A stretch of 64,000 nt of DNA, taken from Schmidtea polychroa (taxonomy: Eukaryota). The stretch lies in the NCBI GenBank assembly GCA_044892525.1, contig CM097885.1:7008001-7072000 (forward strand), in the 5' to 3' direction. Both the position numbers and the translations under genes were made by a program. This document shows positions 22,991 through 42,769 of this stretch, one piece after another; positions within the stretch are counted from its first letter, which is position 1, and each line of letters starts with the position of its first letter. The notes below the pieces were generated by a model. The model saw nothing but the letters and a program-made list of their open reading frames with translations, did no database searches and was not told the DNA's origin.

Positions 22991-24819
22991 AAAAAATTTT
23001 CCGGGGGGGAGGGGGAGTATATGTGGTCCAGCGGTGACCAATCATACTACTGTCTAAATATATTATTAGACTTTGTAATATAGAAGTGTTGCTGCTGATT
23101 CAATAAGCATTTACACTAGTGGAATCTAATAAGTAATCGGTTAGCGATATATGTTAGCTTCTGATCTGGTGGATAGATTCTCCCTAACACAGATTATATC
23201 TGACTCCAAATATATATAAAAATATGTGCGTGTAAATATATAAATAATATGATTTAACCAAGACGTAACTACTGAAAGATTTATTAATTATGCACAAACT
23301 ATACAAAATTGATTAACCCAAAAATTTCCCTAATACTATAAAGGAAAGAATATCGGTTGTACAAACCATCCTCAGATATAAGAAACAAATGCTTGATCTA
23401 ATTGCTCTCAGTACTCTATTTGAAGTTAGGGACAAGATGGAGGATTTCCCAAATTTTACTCGATCGTCTAAATCGACATTGATCTAGCGTTTCCTTATAT
23501 TTTTACCCTCTTAATAGTTTAAATCCAACGATTAGGTCAGGCAGAATTGCTGCTTTTCGCGGTTGGTTTGTGCAATTTAATATAAGAAATTTGTAATAAC
23601 CTTATGGTTAAGTTCTTTTGTTTTCTTTTCTTTTGACTAAGCTGAAATTGCTTGAACAAAATTGTTATGAATTTACAAATTTCTGTCTCTGTTTATATAT
23701 ATTTTTCTGAGACGATATACGTTTTTCTATATACATTTTTTTATATACATTTTGCTTATTTAATTCCCTCATAATAGCACTTAATTCTAGGAACAGCTTG
23801 TTCAGTGAAGCGCTTTAAAATCAATAATAATTAAGCGATAAACTTATTGTCTCTGGTAATGGCTTTTAAAATCGATACTGATTTAAGCCCAGTACAAAAT
23901 TATTTTTCTGCCTTAACAAAAATATTTACAGACCTAAGCACAAGGAACAGGAAACTCTAAAACAACAACTCAAAATCTCAAATCTAAAATGGAGAAAACC
24001 ACACGTGGCAAGATATATTTACGTACGGAAAAGAAATATTTATCCAGACACAAGATAGAAAGAAATATTCAAACGCATATTAATAAAACCAAACAAACTA
24101 AGCTCAACAGAACCGGAAAGTAATGAATTAAAATTCAATCAAAATCTTAACTCAAGGACAAACTCAATTTGAAGTGGGAAATCAAGAAAATCTCATAGAA
24201 AAGACAAAATCTCGCTGACAAAGGACAAAATTTGAGGGAACAATTGAAGAAAAATATGAAATTCATTCATGCGCATCCAACAGTAAGGTTACACTGTTAT
24301 TTGTGGATTTTATATTTATGTTTGGTAAATCGATATGCAAATTTTTTTAATTTTTACATTTTACTTCCTTGAGTTCATAAAATAAATAATTTACACTTAA
24401 GCAAGTCACAGGCATTCAGAGAAGTGAAACATTTAGGTTACGAAACGAACTCACATCATGACCAAGATTTCCGAATTTTCTCTTTTAATGGTGTATAAAT
24501 GTAACTAAAGTTTAGTTTTCAGTTTCAGAGCGAGTGGAGATAGAATAGTATGACAATATGAAACCCAGGAATTGTTCACTGAGACGCAGAAAAACTATAA
24601 AGAAATATATGTCAAGAAAGAGTTTAGACTAGGAGAGAGTGAGTTAGATATTGATTGTGAATATAGACTAATTATATTTTGAGGCGGCGGCGTTAACATC
24701 AATCAGGAATCAGTGGCACAACTTCTGTGGTAGCAGCTACAGCAGTGCTGTGAAGCTTGACCCGATGATTATAAGTAATTAGTTTGAATAAAATATCAAC
24801 TAACTAAAATACTCTCAAA

Positions 24820-24909
24820 ATTACCGGTAAATTACCGGTTTACCGGTTTTTTCCACATAAATTACCGAATTACCGGTAATTGAAAAAGTCGGTAAATTTG
24901 CAAGCCCTA
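24820..24909. mobile_element. Orphan hAT-like terminus (...TTTGCAAGCCCTA) with TTACCGG subterminal repeats
   Basis: TAGGG-type end plus repeated ttaccgg motifs; no partner end found. Confidence 0.55.
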
Positions 24910-25259
24910 ACCCGATCATAACAAAACCAAAATTATGAGCAATTTAGCACGGGCAGTCAGTCAGGAGGACGTGATGTGATGCGATAAATTTTTAGTTACG
25001 AAATCAACGCTATGGACATTGCAAACGAATAGATGTCGCCAAAAATTCGATTGTTCTTTAGCTGTACTTCATAATATATTATGAATATGTTCTTATTGTA
25101 CATCCTGTTTTGTGCGTAACATGACGCCAATTGTTTATTTGGTAAATGCCTGTTTGGTGCTGAATGAAACCATGCAGTTTCTCAATTACACGAACTATCA
25201 AAATTCTTTGATTTTAGGCAGCGAATTTACATGTTCTTCGGTTTTATGAATATTTAAGT

Positions 25260-25306
25260 AAATAATAATAAAACATCGAAAATAATAATACTCTTGCGAC
25301 TTGTTG

Positions 25307-25393
<87 letters not shown>

Positions 25394-25892
25394 TCATTGT
25401 GAACAGTACCCTTGTGACCATTACCCGTTGGGGGACAAAATATTTTGTCGGATAAACTCGGACTATATATAATAATAATAATTATTATAATTATATTCAT
25501 TAAAAATTTGAAAATAACAACTTCCGCGCGGGCGTTAATATCTTTCCCAATAATAATGATAATAATAATATGTATATATCAGTAAATAGGTCTTGCACTG
25601 GGCCTTTAAATAACCTATCGATTAATTATTTCGGATGATGGAAACACTAAGTTGTTGCATGACCAAAACCAGGTCACCGCTAGATCACTAATAATATTTT
25701 GAATAATAATAATAATTTCTTGATGAGTCATAGGATGAGTCATTGTCTTTGTTCTTAAAAAGTGATGAGTCATCAGATGAGTCATGGTCTTTGTTCTATA
25801 AAAATGATGAGTCATCGGATGAGTCATTGTTTTTGTTCTAAAAAATTTGTCGCTCAGGGGGTAGGGGGATATGTGATCTAGCGGTGACCTGA
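25260..25892. mobile_element. Fragment of the same Polinton-like family
   Basis: Shares the ggggaca(a/g)aatattttgtcggataaact motif, GGTCACCGCT motifs (25672, 25880), gatgagtcat repeats and a G-rich tract with 16121-23051. Confidence 0.7.
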
Positions 25893-27399
25893 TTTTGCGG
25901 TGCCCAATCCATCTACTCAGGAGACGCTCACGAAAAAGATAACAACCGTGCCTTTCACTGAAGAAGATAATATTTTCCCGTTGATTAATTGGTCTCAAGA
26001 AACAAACTAATCGATCAGAAAATCCTGCAAAAGCTTCGTAGACACTCTTTTGTTGCCTACAACTACAGAGGTCTCTATTACCGGTGTCAGTCAGGCGGTG
26101 ACAAAAACCTATCGTATCATCGGTTAAATTCACTCAATCAGTGCAGCCATCCAAGTCTAAGCGACGAAAACCGACTCGGGCAGAATGTAAAAAGAAACGC
26201 AAAGTCCTGCAAGCTGAACGGGAAGCGAAACTAATCGCTGAGAACGTACAAGACTCTCTTCAGGCACAGACGGTAAATCCAACTCCCACTAATAAGCAAT
26301 TCCGAGTTATACCACCATCGAGCACTCCTTGGGAGGAAGATGCCACTGATTTTTTGACATTGAGACGTTATTTGACGAAACGACGAATTTGTAAATCTTA
26401 GGATTGAATTCTGAGTGAGTGAGATGTTTGTCTGAATAATCGTTTTCTGTTGTAAATATCTGATTCTGTACACGGTGATTTAACAGTAATCTGTCATGTA
26501 TGTACAATATTATTAATGATTTTCTTTTGGTAACTTTGTTTTTAATTCGTCAAATAATGAAGTCTTTAAGGGCAAGAAAAGTAGAGGTTTTCAGACTAAG
26601 AGACAATTGTTCTTTATCAATCCTAAGGTAAGTGATATTGAGACATAAGAACTTTTATCGGCCTTCAGAAAGGGATAAGTCGGAATGTAGTGGAGTAGTC
26701 CTAAGGCAGGGGCTCGCCTGCTTTACTATGTTTCGCCGCCATGACACATTACTACCTCGACAAAAAAAGCACAATAAATTCTCAATACTGAATTGGATGT
26801 GAAAGCCTAACAGCAAAGCAGCCGACAATGTAAATTTTGTTTTTACAAGAATTTTGTGTAAAGAAAACAATTTGCTGGTCAGTCATGGCTTTCTAGGAGA
26901 TCCTGGCCATTATATAAGTCAAGCATATAATTGTATATTTATACATGTCAAATGATGCATAATTTTCCGAATTATAATTCTAGCTAAAACGTCTGATTGA
27001 AATTTCTATTATAAACTTAAAATTTTGAGATCATTCAAACAAATAATTATTTCTACAGTTGTAGAGTTTGACCATGAAATTTATTCGCAGTTGGCATACA
27101 CTTCTCATTACAGGTTTCAATCGTTATTTTGGTGCTTTTTCATGAACGTTTGAAGACCTTGTTTTGGAACGGGGTAGTCTTGTTTCTAAAAATATTTCAT
27201 AAAAATGAAAAATATAATTATTCCATAAAACTAAAATATAAATCGACTGAAGCATTTTCAGTAAAATATTTTAGTTTTTCTGGCGCCGAAATTTTGAAAT
27301 AGCAACATTTTGGCTGGCCCTCCCAAACTTACTTTTGCCAATCTAAAACCATTCCAACCAAATACTTTTAAATTTTGATTATTTATCTCTTGTTCTGAG

Positions 27400-28075
27400 A
27401 ATCATTGTTTCATTGTTGTTATGATTGGCATGCGTCAACCAGATAACTATGTTGGTAATGAGGCTCAATCTAGCACAAAGAGTATCCAGCTCTTTTTATC
27501 GAATTTAAAATCTAAAAGGGAGAAATGACTCAAATCAACATTCAATACGCCTGCTTAGTATTTTGTTATCCAAGCTGTTTTGTAGCTTTATGCTTTAGGA
27601 AGAACTACTGGTATTGTTTTATATTCCAGTGATGATGTAACACACACAGTTCCTATTTACGAAAGATATAGAATTGATTTAGCTGGAAGAGGCTTAACTG
27701 ATTATCTAATAAAAGTTATTACAGACAGAAGATGCAGTTTTAGAACTACTAATGAAAAGAGAAATTATTCAAGATATTAAAGAAAAACTGATTTTGTGCA
27801 AGAAACGCAAACTGCTGCTTTTCATCGTTACTTGAAAAGAATTATCAAGTTATTACCACTAAATTTGAAAAGATTAAGATGAAAAGATTAAGTTTTGTTC
27901 CAGTCGGTATTCTTGGAAATAGAAACTACTGGTATTCATGAGGTGACTTATAATGACAACAACATGAAATGCGATGTGGATATTCGTAAAGATTTATATA
28001 GCAAAACAGTTTTATCAGGTGGTTCCACAATGTATCCCAGTATTACTGATCGTATGCAAAAAGACATTTCATTAT
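27400..28075 (+). pseudogene. Actin pseudogene
   Basis: Remnants [32 protein letters not shown]...[22 protein letters not shown], and [43 protein letters not shown]; stops, deletions and no visible introns. Confidence 0.92.
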
Positions 28076-28401
28076 TTATCTCCTTCGTCTTTGATCTTTG
28101 TCAACTAATTTTTCTTCATCTTTTTGTACACTAACGATCAGTATTGGATAATGATTAAATTTAATTTTTATTAAAGATCATCCTAAAAAATTCTAGTTTC
28201 TTGGTATCAGCATAAATGACTATTAAACAACTAAAGAAGCCTTTTACTGCCAAATATGTATTAATTGAAAAAAACATTTTATTAATAATAAAAAACATTA
28301 ATTTAATTATAATAATAATAATAAAATTAATAATAATAATAATTGAATTGAAACGATAGTTTGAAGACTATAAATCAGTAATATATCGATGTTTGTTGAT
28401 A

Positions 28402-28436
28402 CTCACAAATTTTCGGCACTGCCTTTTTCAAGTGAA
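28402..28436 (-). ncRNA. Variant minimal type-I hammerhead ribozyme motif
   Basis: uucac-UUGAAAA-a-GGC agu GCC-GAAA-auu-u-gugag: stem I, U3/A8 variant core, 3-bp stem II, palindromic AAUU stem III. Confidence 0.6.
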
Positions 28437-28990
28437 TTTGATCATCATTACAACAAATATTCATTGTTGGGGGATAATAAATTTATTTCGTATTTTATAA
28501 TAAATTTATTGGTTTAATTATATACTATTTATATTTTATTTTAATTACCCAAAAAATATATTTCCTATTTTTTAAATTCTGTAATTTAATTATATTTTTA
28601 TTTTTTTAATAAAATAAGACGTTTTTTATATTTTAAATATTTTTTTAATTTTAAATTTTAAATCTAATTAAATATTAATTTAAGTATTAATTTAGTTGAA
28701 TGTTGATGGAAGGTTTAAGTCTTTTGATATAAAGTGTATTATCGGCTAATCTTTGCAATGAGTTTCTGAACGCATCCTGTAACATTTTGCATTTTGTTTC
28801 GTGTAAGAGTGGTGCTGATTTGTGCACTTTTTCCAGTGTTCATGATAGTTGCTGGTTTTGCTGTTGACGTGTTTGTTGAGTCTTGTTCTAAGTGTTTCGC
28901 CTATGTACGATGCGTTACATTTTGTGCAAGTAATTTGGTAAACGATGTTCTTTGAGAAGCAGAAACATTTGGTGGAGGATTGGCATATAC

Positions 28991-29324
28991 CAACGGTGGG
29001 CAAATGCGGCTCTTCGTTGAGTAAACTGCGGCTCATTGATAATTGAATTTTTGATAATTGAATTTGAAAATTGAATTCGATTTTTTTATTTTGAAATTTT
29101 TTCAACTGAATTTTTAAAAAAAAATTTTTTGTTGCAATTGTATTTTCATAAATGTTAAAAATTAACGAAACATTGTACAGCATTCAGTTTAGCTCTCGAC
29201 GAGTCTACTGACATTCAGGATGTTCCACAATTAGCCGTTTTTGTCCGCTTTGTATCTTCTGACGTTTAAGTCTTTTTTAATCAAATTAATGAAATAAAAA
29301 AAAATATGTAGTTCACTATGGTGG
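28991..29324 (+). mobile_element. Small internally deleted Buster/Charlie-type hAT inserted into the PLE
   Basis: Left end CAACGGTGGGCAAATGCGGCTC; internal peptide FSLALDESTDIQDVPQLAVFVRFV (29182-29265); flanking duplication (G/C)CATATAC. Removing it rejoins the PLE frame as HRDCICQSSTKC. Confidence 0.8.
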
Positions 29325-31134
29325 CCATATACAATCTCGATGAAATAGGTCTGATGATAGAGATTTTTGAGACTTACGAAGCTGTGATTTCAAAGGTGCA
29401 TCAGTTATAAAAATTGGGCGAATATGAACTGGCAACACCATATTGCGAATGTTAGATCTGATTGTGTTACATGTCCTATTGTTTAAAAAAGGGAAGTGTA
29501 GGTATATTACTCGCTTATTGACATGTTCATTTTTTGTATTATGCCTATTAGAGTTATATTTACTCAAGAAGTATTTTTCTACGAACTCCTTTGGGTATCC
29601 ATTTTGTAAAAACCGTGTTTTAAAGTTTTCTAGGGTTTCTTGTGTTTTCGTTTTGTCCGAACAGTTCCGTATTGCTCTTTTTCTTTCTTCTAATAATAGA
29701 GCGATTTTTCGTTGGAGTGGAACGTTACTTTCCCAAGGAAGAATGTGCCCACTGTGTAGACTTTTAGTGAATAAATCTGTCTTGAATGTGAGCGTGTTTG
29801 GACCTTCAGAAGGACTTATCATGGTATCTAAGAAAGCAATCTTGCCTTCTGGGTCAGGTAGCTTCAGAGTGAATTGTACATTAGTGTTAGTGAAGTTTGC
29901 ATGTGTCAAGATTATAATGAGAGGTACCGTGGAGACTATGAAAATATCATCAATGTATCTTGCCACGTTAGGATTTTATCTCCAAAAAATGATCTAATAT
30001 TTGTTTTTATATGATGCATGTAGAAATGGCTAAAATCGGCGAAAGTTTGTTACCCATAGCTAGACCATGAAAGTTGTTCAACGGTTTTCCTTTAATTATT
30101 ACAGTATCTGAGTTTATGGCTAGTTTGACAATTTCTATGAAATCTTGTTCAGATAAGTCTGCAAAAACAGTTTCTAGTTTGAAGGTTTCGAAGAAGGAAG
30201 CTGCAACTGTGAAGACGTTGTTCTCTCCAGTGAGACCGATGGATCCGTAAAGATTAGAGACATCAAGAGATCCCCAAAAGTATTGTTGCTCTAGTGATGT
30301 TGAAAGAGATAGTTTTGTAATTTCTGCAACAAATTGGATTGTGTTTTTAAGATGACAGGGGATAAAATTTAGTAGATTTTTAAACATCGATATATTACTG
30401 ATTTAGTCTTCAAACTCTCTTTTCAATTCAATGGATAAAATAATCAGTGGTGAAATTGGAAGAAATAAAAATTCTTCTAATAATAATAATAATAATTGTC
30501 AGTTAATTCTAAACTCATATTAATGATATTTTTTTAATAATATTTATTTCAATAAAAAAATTTTCCTAGATTTAATTCCAAAATTATCGAACAGCTGTGA
30601 TTCAAATTCAAGCATTAAAATTCAGCAAACTATTTTCAAAATTAATTTTTTATCAAATTGTTACATATTTTAATCTATAATAAATTGTTTTTTCATCTTT
30701 ATCAGTTACACTTAAAATACTAATTTTAATATTCGATTACTTATTAAAAATTTCTAATTAACCAAAACCTCATTTTGTGTTGCTTCCGTTTGTTTAGCAT
30801 ATATGCCACTTAATTTTCAGTTTGCGTTTAAATTGTTTTACATTGCGTTGAATTTTTGTATTTTTTCATTATTTTATAATTCTCAGTAATTTTAATGAAA
30901 TATCGAAAGTATGATATTGTGAAAGAATTAAATTAAAAATATGAGAATGGAATCTAAATATTATTTCACATGAAAAATAAATGAAAAATAGCGCTTCAAT
31001 TTGATGCGTTTCAGGTTGCATAGCAATTTGGCAAAACCAATTATGGACACAAAGTGAGAGTGTATTTCCGAAATTGGATCAACTAAAAAATTGCCCCCTT
31101 AAATTAAAATGTAACTAAACACATTAATCTAAAC

Positions 31135-31285
31135 TGTAAGGAGTTAGTAAACCTCTATATAAAATTCTTATGGTTAAATGGTAGAAGTGAGATCAATTAG
31201 TAGAAATAATTATTTCTGTTAAATTGATCTCACTCCTACCATTTAACCATAAGAATTTTATATAGAGGTTTACTAACTCCTTACA
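31135..31285. repeat. 151-bp near-perfect palindrome (TGTAAGGAG...CTCCTTACA)
   Basis: Arms are reverse complements with few mismatches, centred on agaaataattatttct. Confidence 0.95.
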
Positions 31286-31901
31286 TCCCCCTTTCTTTAA
31301 CCAAACAATTTTAAAACTTCATTAAAATCCTTTTTAAGAATATTTTCTATAAACATCCACTCTCCTAAATACAATGACAATTTTTTTTAAATCCCCTTCA
31401 TAGATTTAATTCTACTTTTTTGTTTTGCCCAGTAACTTTCAATGGCTTGTGTATACGTTCCAATTTCATAGTTAATAAACTGTGTTTTATGTTTTACTGT
31501 TGATATTTAGATATCCTTTCCATTCATCAAACCATACAATAGATCCAGGCAAACACATTCTGTTAATTATTGGAAACGTGGTCTTTTTAGATATATCTGG
31601 TACAATACACATATATCCTTTACTAGAAATATAACTTGTATCAACCATACCAAAAACCCATATTTCATCACTGTTGAACCTTCCTCGATGATTTTTAGAT
31701 TTGTGTCTAAACATGAATTCATCTATTTGTACAATAATACCTTCACCACAGTTTTTTTTTTCAAAATTAAACAAATAATGCAATTATTGATCTTAAAAGA
31801 TCAAAAAATTTAATTATTGTTTTAATTAATTTAATTAATTAATCCGTCATTTCTCGACATTTTTTATTAGAGTGATTAGAAAACCAGCCCCACAGTATTA
31901 A

Positions 31902-32131
31902 CCCTTTCTAAGGCAAAGGAAACTAAAAGTGATGTAAAACTTAAAGTTTATTAATAATAATTATATAGTTACACACATCTATGGTTTCAAATACTATAAA
32001 TTTGTTCTCTTGTGGCTCAATATATGTCAGTAGTTGTACCACAAGTAAAAATGATTACCGATAGCGTTACACTTAGATATTTTTATTAGTTTAAAATGGT
32101 GTACAGTATATTGCCACCACCTTAGAAAGGG
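31902..32131. mobile_element. piggyBac-type non-autonomous element (230 bp)
   Basis: TTAA on both sides; TIRs CCCTTTCTAAGG / CCTTAGAAAGGG. Confidence 0.88.
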
Positions 32132-32209
32132 TTAACAAACAAGTTTTAAGGTCTAAATCAAATTGTGTTACACAAGAACTTGATCTAACAGATTTTGTAG
32201 TTATAAATT

Positions 32210-33235
32210 TGTTGGGTTTTCAATTACTTTAAGTCGGTTCCCTCTGACACCTCGTGTCCTTTAAATCAAAACAATAACGACCCAACGTATATTGAAATAA
32301 TAAAATTTTCAATCTTTTCTCACCACTTTACAATTAATAATCAAAGTTACGTTTGACCGATTCTCCGCTCGGCATTGATGCTTTGCAAATAGATAATATT
32401 CACCTTTTATTCCGTTAGACTCTCTTGACCCACGTTTTCCTCTGTTTCTGTTTGATTTGATTCTTTTTCACCTTTTCGTATTCCTATTCTATTTCTTCTT
32501 TACCCTAATCTCCTTAATTCGTTTTACCTATTCTTAACTCGGTTTCTTCTAACCTTAGCTGAGGCAAAATGCCGATTTTCTCTGATTTCCCCTTTCCTTA
32601 TATACTCCTTGAAATCGGGATGACAAATGGTTATTGCCGAGCCAATCTTTCACTTGACATTTGCTTCCACATATTTGCTTCGGCTGTCACCCATAATGGT
32701 CCAACAAACAAAGATAATTAATGGCCCGTCCGGTCTTTCTGCATGCATTATCTTCTCCTTGCTCTCTTCCAATTAATCATTGTGTCAAGTTAATGGGCCC
32801 AAATCTTCCTTCTGTTTGCTTTTCTTCTTGTTTACCCAGCTCGGGTTTCCCATGAGCTCGGGTTTTCCATTAGCCAATTAATTAATTAATTAACGTTTTC
32901 TGTTTTCATGCATTTGAATGTTTTTTTACCCTTCCTAACCATTTTCTGATAAATCCCTAAACATCATCTTGTTGACCATTAGCTACTCTATATCTGTCCT
33001 GTTTTCCCCATTCGATTTCGATGATTTTACCATTTATTGATTTTTCTCGGATTTCCGGATTCTTGCCTTTCGTAATTGCTTTTGGCATTTCCTAATACTG
33101 CTTCCATCGTACTTTCCTTTACTATCGATTCTGTGCATGATCACGCTTTTATTTGTCTTTTTTCTTCACTTACTTTTTATTTAAATTATTAATCTAAATT
33201 TCATTTAAATTTATTTTAATTTACGGACCTCAACA
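32210..33235 (-). repeat. Probable solo LTR (TGTTG...CAACA), family also at 41108-42079 and 46819-47423
   Basis: Shared 3' motif acacgagg..cagag..accgactt...aaaacccaaca and TG...CA termini; TSD not preserved. Confidence 0.6.
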
Positions 33236-33339
33236 GTTTAAACAAAAAGATTTATTTGATAAATTTGTGAGGTATAAAATCAGTTAATTTTTAGTTGATC
33301 CCCGAATTTTAATATTTGACAAAATTAAATTTTTAATTT

Positions 33340-40968
<7,629 letters not shown>

Positions 40969-41107
40969 TTTTTGAACAGTTTAATGCATCAATCGTATAC
41001 GTTTTGTCAATTATAGAAATGTTATAGAACACTAAACGCATCATTGATCATTAACTACTGTCAATTTGTCAGAATCTGAGTTAACTAATTAGAAATCATT
41101 CTCAAAC

Positions 41108-42079
41108 TGTTGAGCTTATCAAAATAATAATAGTAAATTGATGTCAATTTAATTGATTGTGAAATAATAGGAGGGGGGGTTGGTGGAGCTATTTCTAAAT
41201 ACTATTTGTAAGAAAATTCATTGGAATGCCTCTACTGTCATTTACTCTTTTCATTCTAAGTGGAACGTGATGATATTGAAAAATTGTGCATAGGTCAACA
41301 TAGTTCAAAGCCATTTAAAAACCCCTCCTGAAAAACTTTGAGTGTAAACCTCTTACCTTAACGATTCGGATAAGATAATGGGGAAGGTCATAGAGATGAT
41401 GATTCATCGAAATATGTTCAGAAAGAGCCGAAATGCAAGAAAACATACAAAACAGAAAATTGCCAATTAATTAATTAATTAAGGAAAATTGAGCTAAGTA
41501 AACAGAAAGAAAAGTAAACAAAGTCGATGTTGGAAAACAATTATGATTGATGGGAAACGGAAAATTAGATTATCAAGTGGGAGACGCACGATGTGACAAA
41601 TAATTATTTCCTTCAACGTTGATAAAATGAAAAAAGCGGCGAGTTAAAGATTGTCAAATAGAAATGACTTAGTTAAAATCAATAATTAATCTATACAATT
41701 ATTTTAACTATATAAATAAACTAAAACTTAGAAACAATCGGCATTTTGTCTCAAGCATGGACGAAAATTTTGACAGTAGAATTAAAGGGAAGATTAAAAT
41801 AAGAATAAAGAATTTGTGGAACAGGAAAGAAAAGGATCAAGATAAGCAAAGGGAATAAAGAAAAGAGGTGATTATTATTGTAGAAAGTGCAAAACTAAAG
41901 TTGTCATAGCGATACCTATCGGATAGTCGTAATTGACTTTTAAAGATTTGTAATTTGTAGATTGCACTATCAAAATTTGAATACAATATACGTTTGGTAT
42001 TGTTCGACATATGGTTTTCAAAAGAACACATGGAGTCGAAGACACCGACTAAAATATTTACTTAATTGAAAACCCAACA
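41108..42079 (+). repeat. Probable solo LTR
   Basis: TGTTGAG...CCCAACA ends and a 3' motif shared with 32210-33235 and 46819-47423. Confidence 0.55.
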
Positions 42080-42769
42080 AATAAATAATATAATTTTAAA
42101 AATCAAATCAAAATTCAAGCTTCCTAATAAAAATAATACGCTAATAAACCTGTAACAATATACATATATACTAACAATTAAAAATACAAAATTATGTATA
42201 ATCTAGTAACAATGACCAAGCAATCTTCAAAGTCAGTATCAGTATTACCATTAGACGAGCCATTTCCAATTTGAATCTGATCCAAGCAAAGCATTTCTAC
42301 GTCGCATTAAGTTCTGATATTTTCTACACCAATGTGCAATTAATTCAAATTTTTGTGCTCATTTTTCATTTACGGATGTCAATAGAATCAAATAAATGTA
42401 ATATCCATACCAATAATTCTAACTAAAAGCTACTAATAAGTTTGTTAGTATGCATTGAGTAGTGTATACAATTTTATTCTTATAGCAGATTGAATTTGAA
42501 AATGGTGTAAACAGATCAACAAAGTATGTGCGATTATTATTGTTCCAATAATTTTTTGAATTATAAATTTTAAATAATTTATTTAAATTAAGTGATTGTA
42601 ATGAGTATAATAAAAATTCACTTAATGATTATTTGAGTTTGATTAATAATTGTATATCTCTACAACTATGATTATCCAATGAATGATGCCGGAAAATTTG
42701 TTAGTGTGAATAATGATAGAATATATACTATAAATGAAAATAATTCAATAATAAAATAGGATTCATTGG

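Larger units (their letters stand above)
28345..30432 (-). mobile_element. 5'-truncated Penelope-like element bounded by inverted terminal repeat copies
   Basis: RT motifs SLDVSNLYGSI, GLAMGNKLSP, ARYIDDIF, AFLD, NGYP; GIY-YIG NIVYQITC..C.ASYIGET. 28345-28394 is the reverse complement of 30382-30432. Confidence 0.9.
31297..33300 (-). mobile_element. Decayed Merlin (IS1016/ISXO2-like) transposase, split by a piggyBac MITE and a solo LTR
   Basis: GEGIIVQIDEFMFRHKSKNHRGR...WVFGMVD...PGSIVWFDEWKGY; YTQAIESYWAK (~31425-31455); upstream KSVRSSS...LDLKTCLLILWGW once the insertions are removed. Confidence 0.85.

Noticed and set aside
25989..26507. Overlapping short ORFs with a basic stretch
   Set aside because: No recognisable domain or splice structure; probably repeat-derived.
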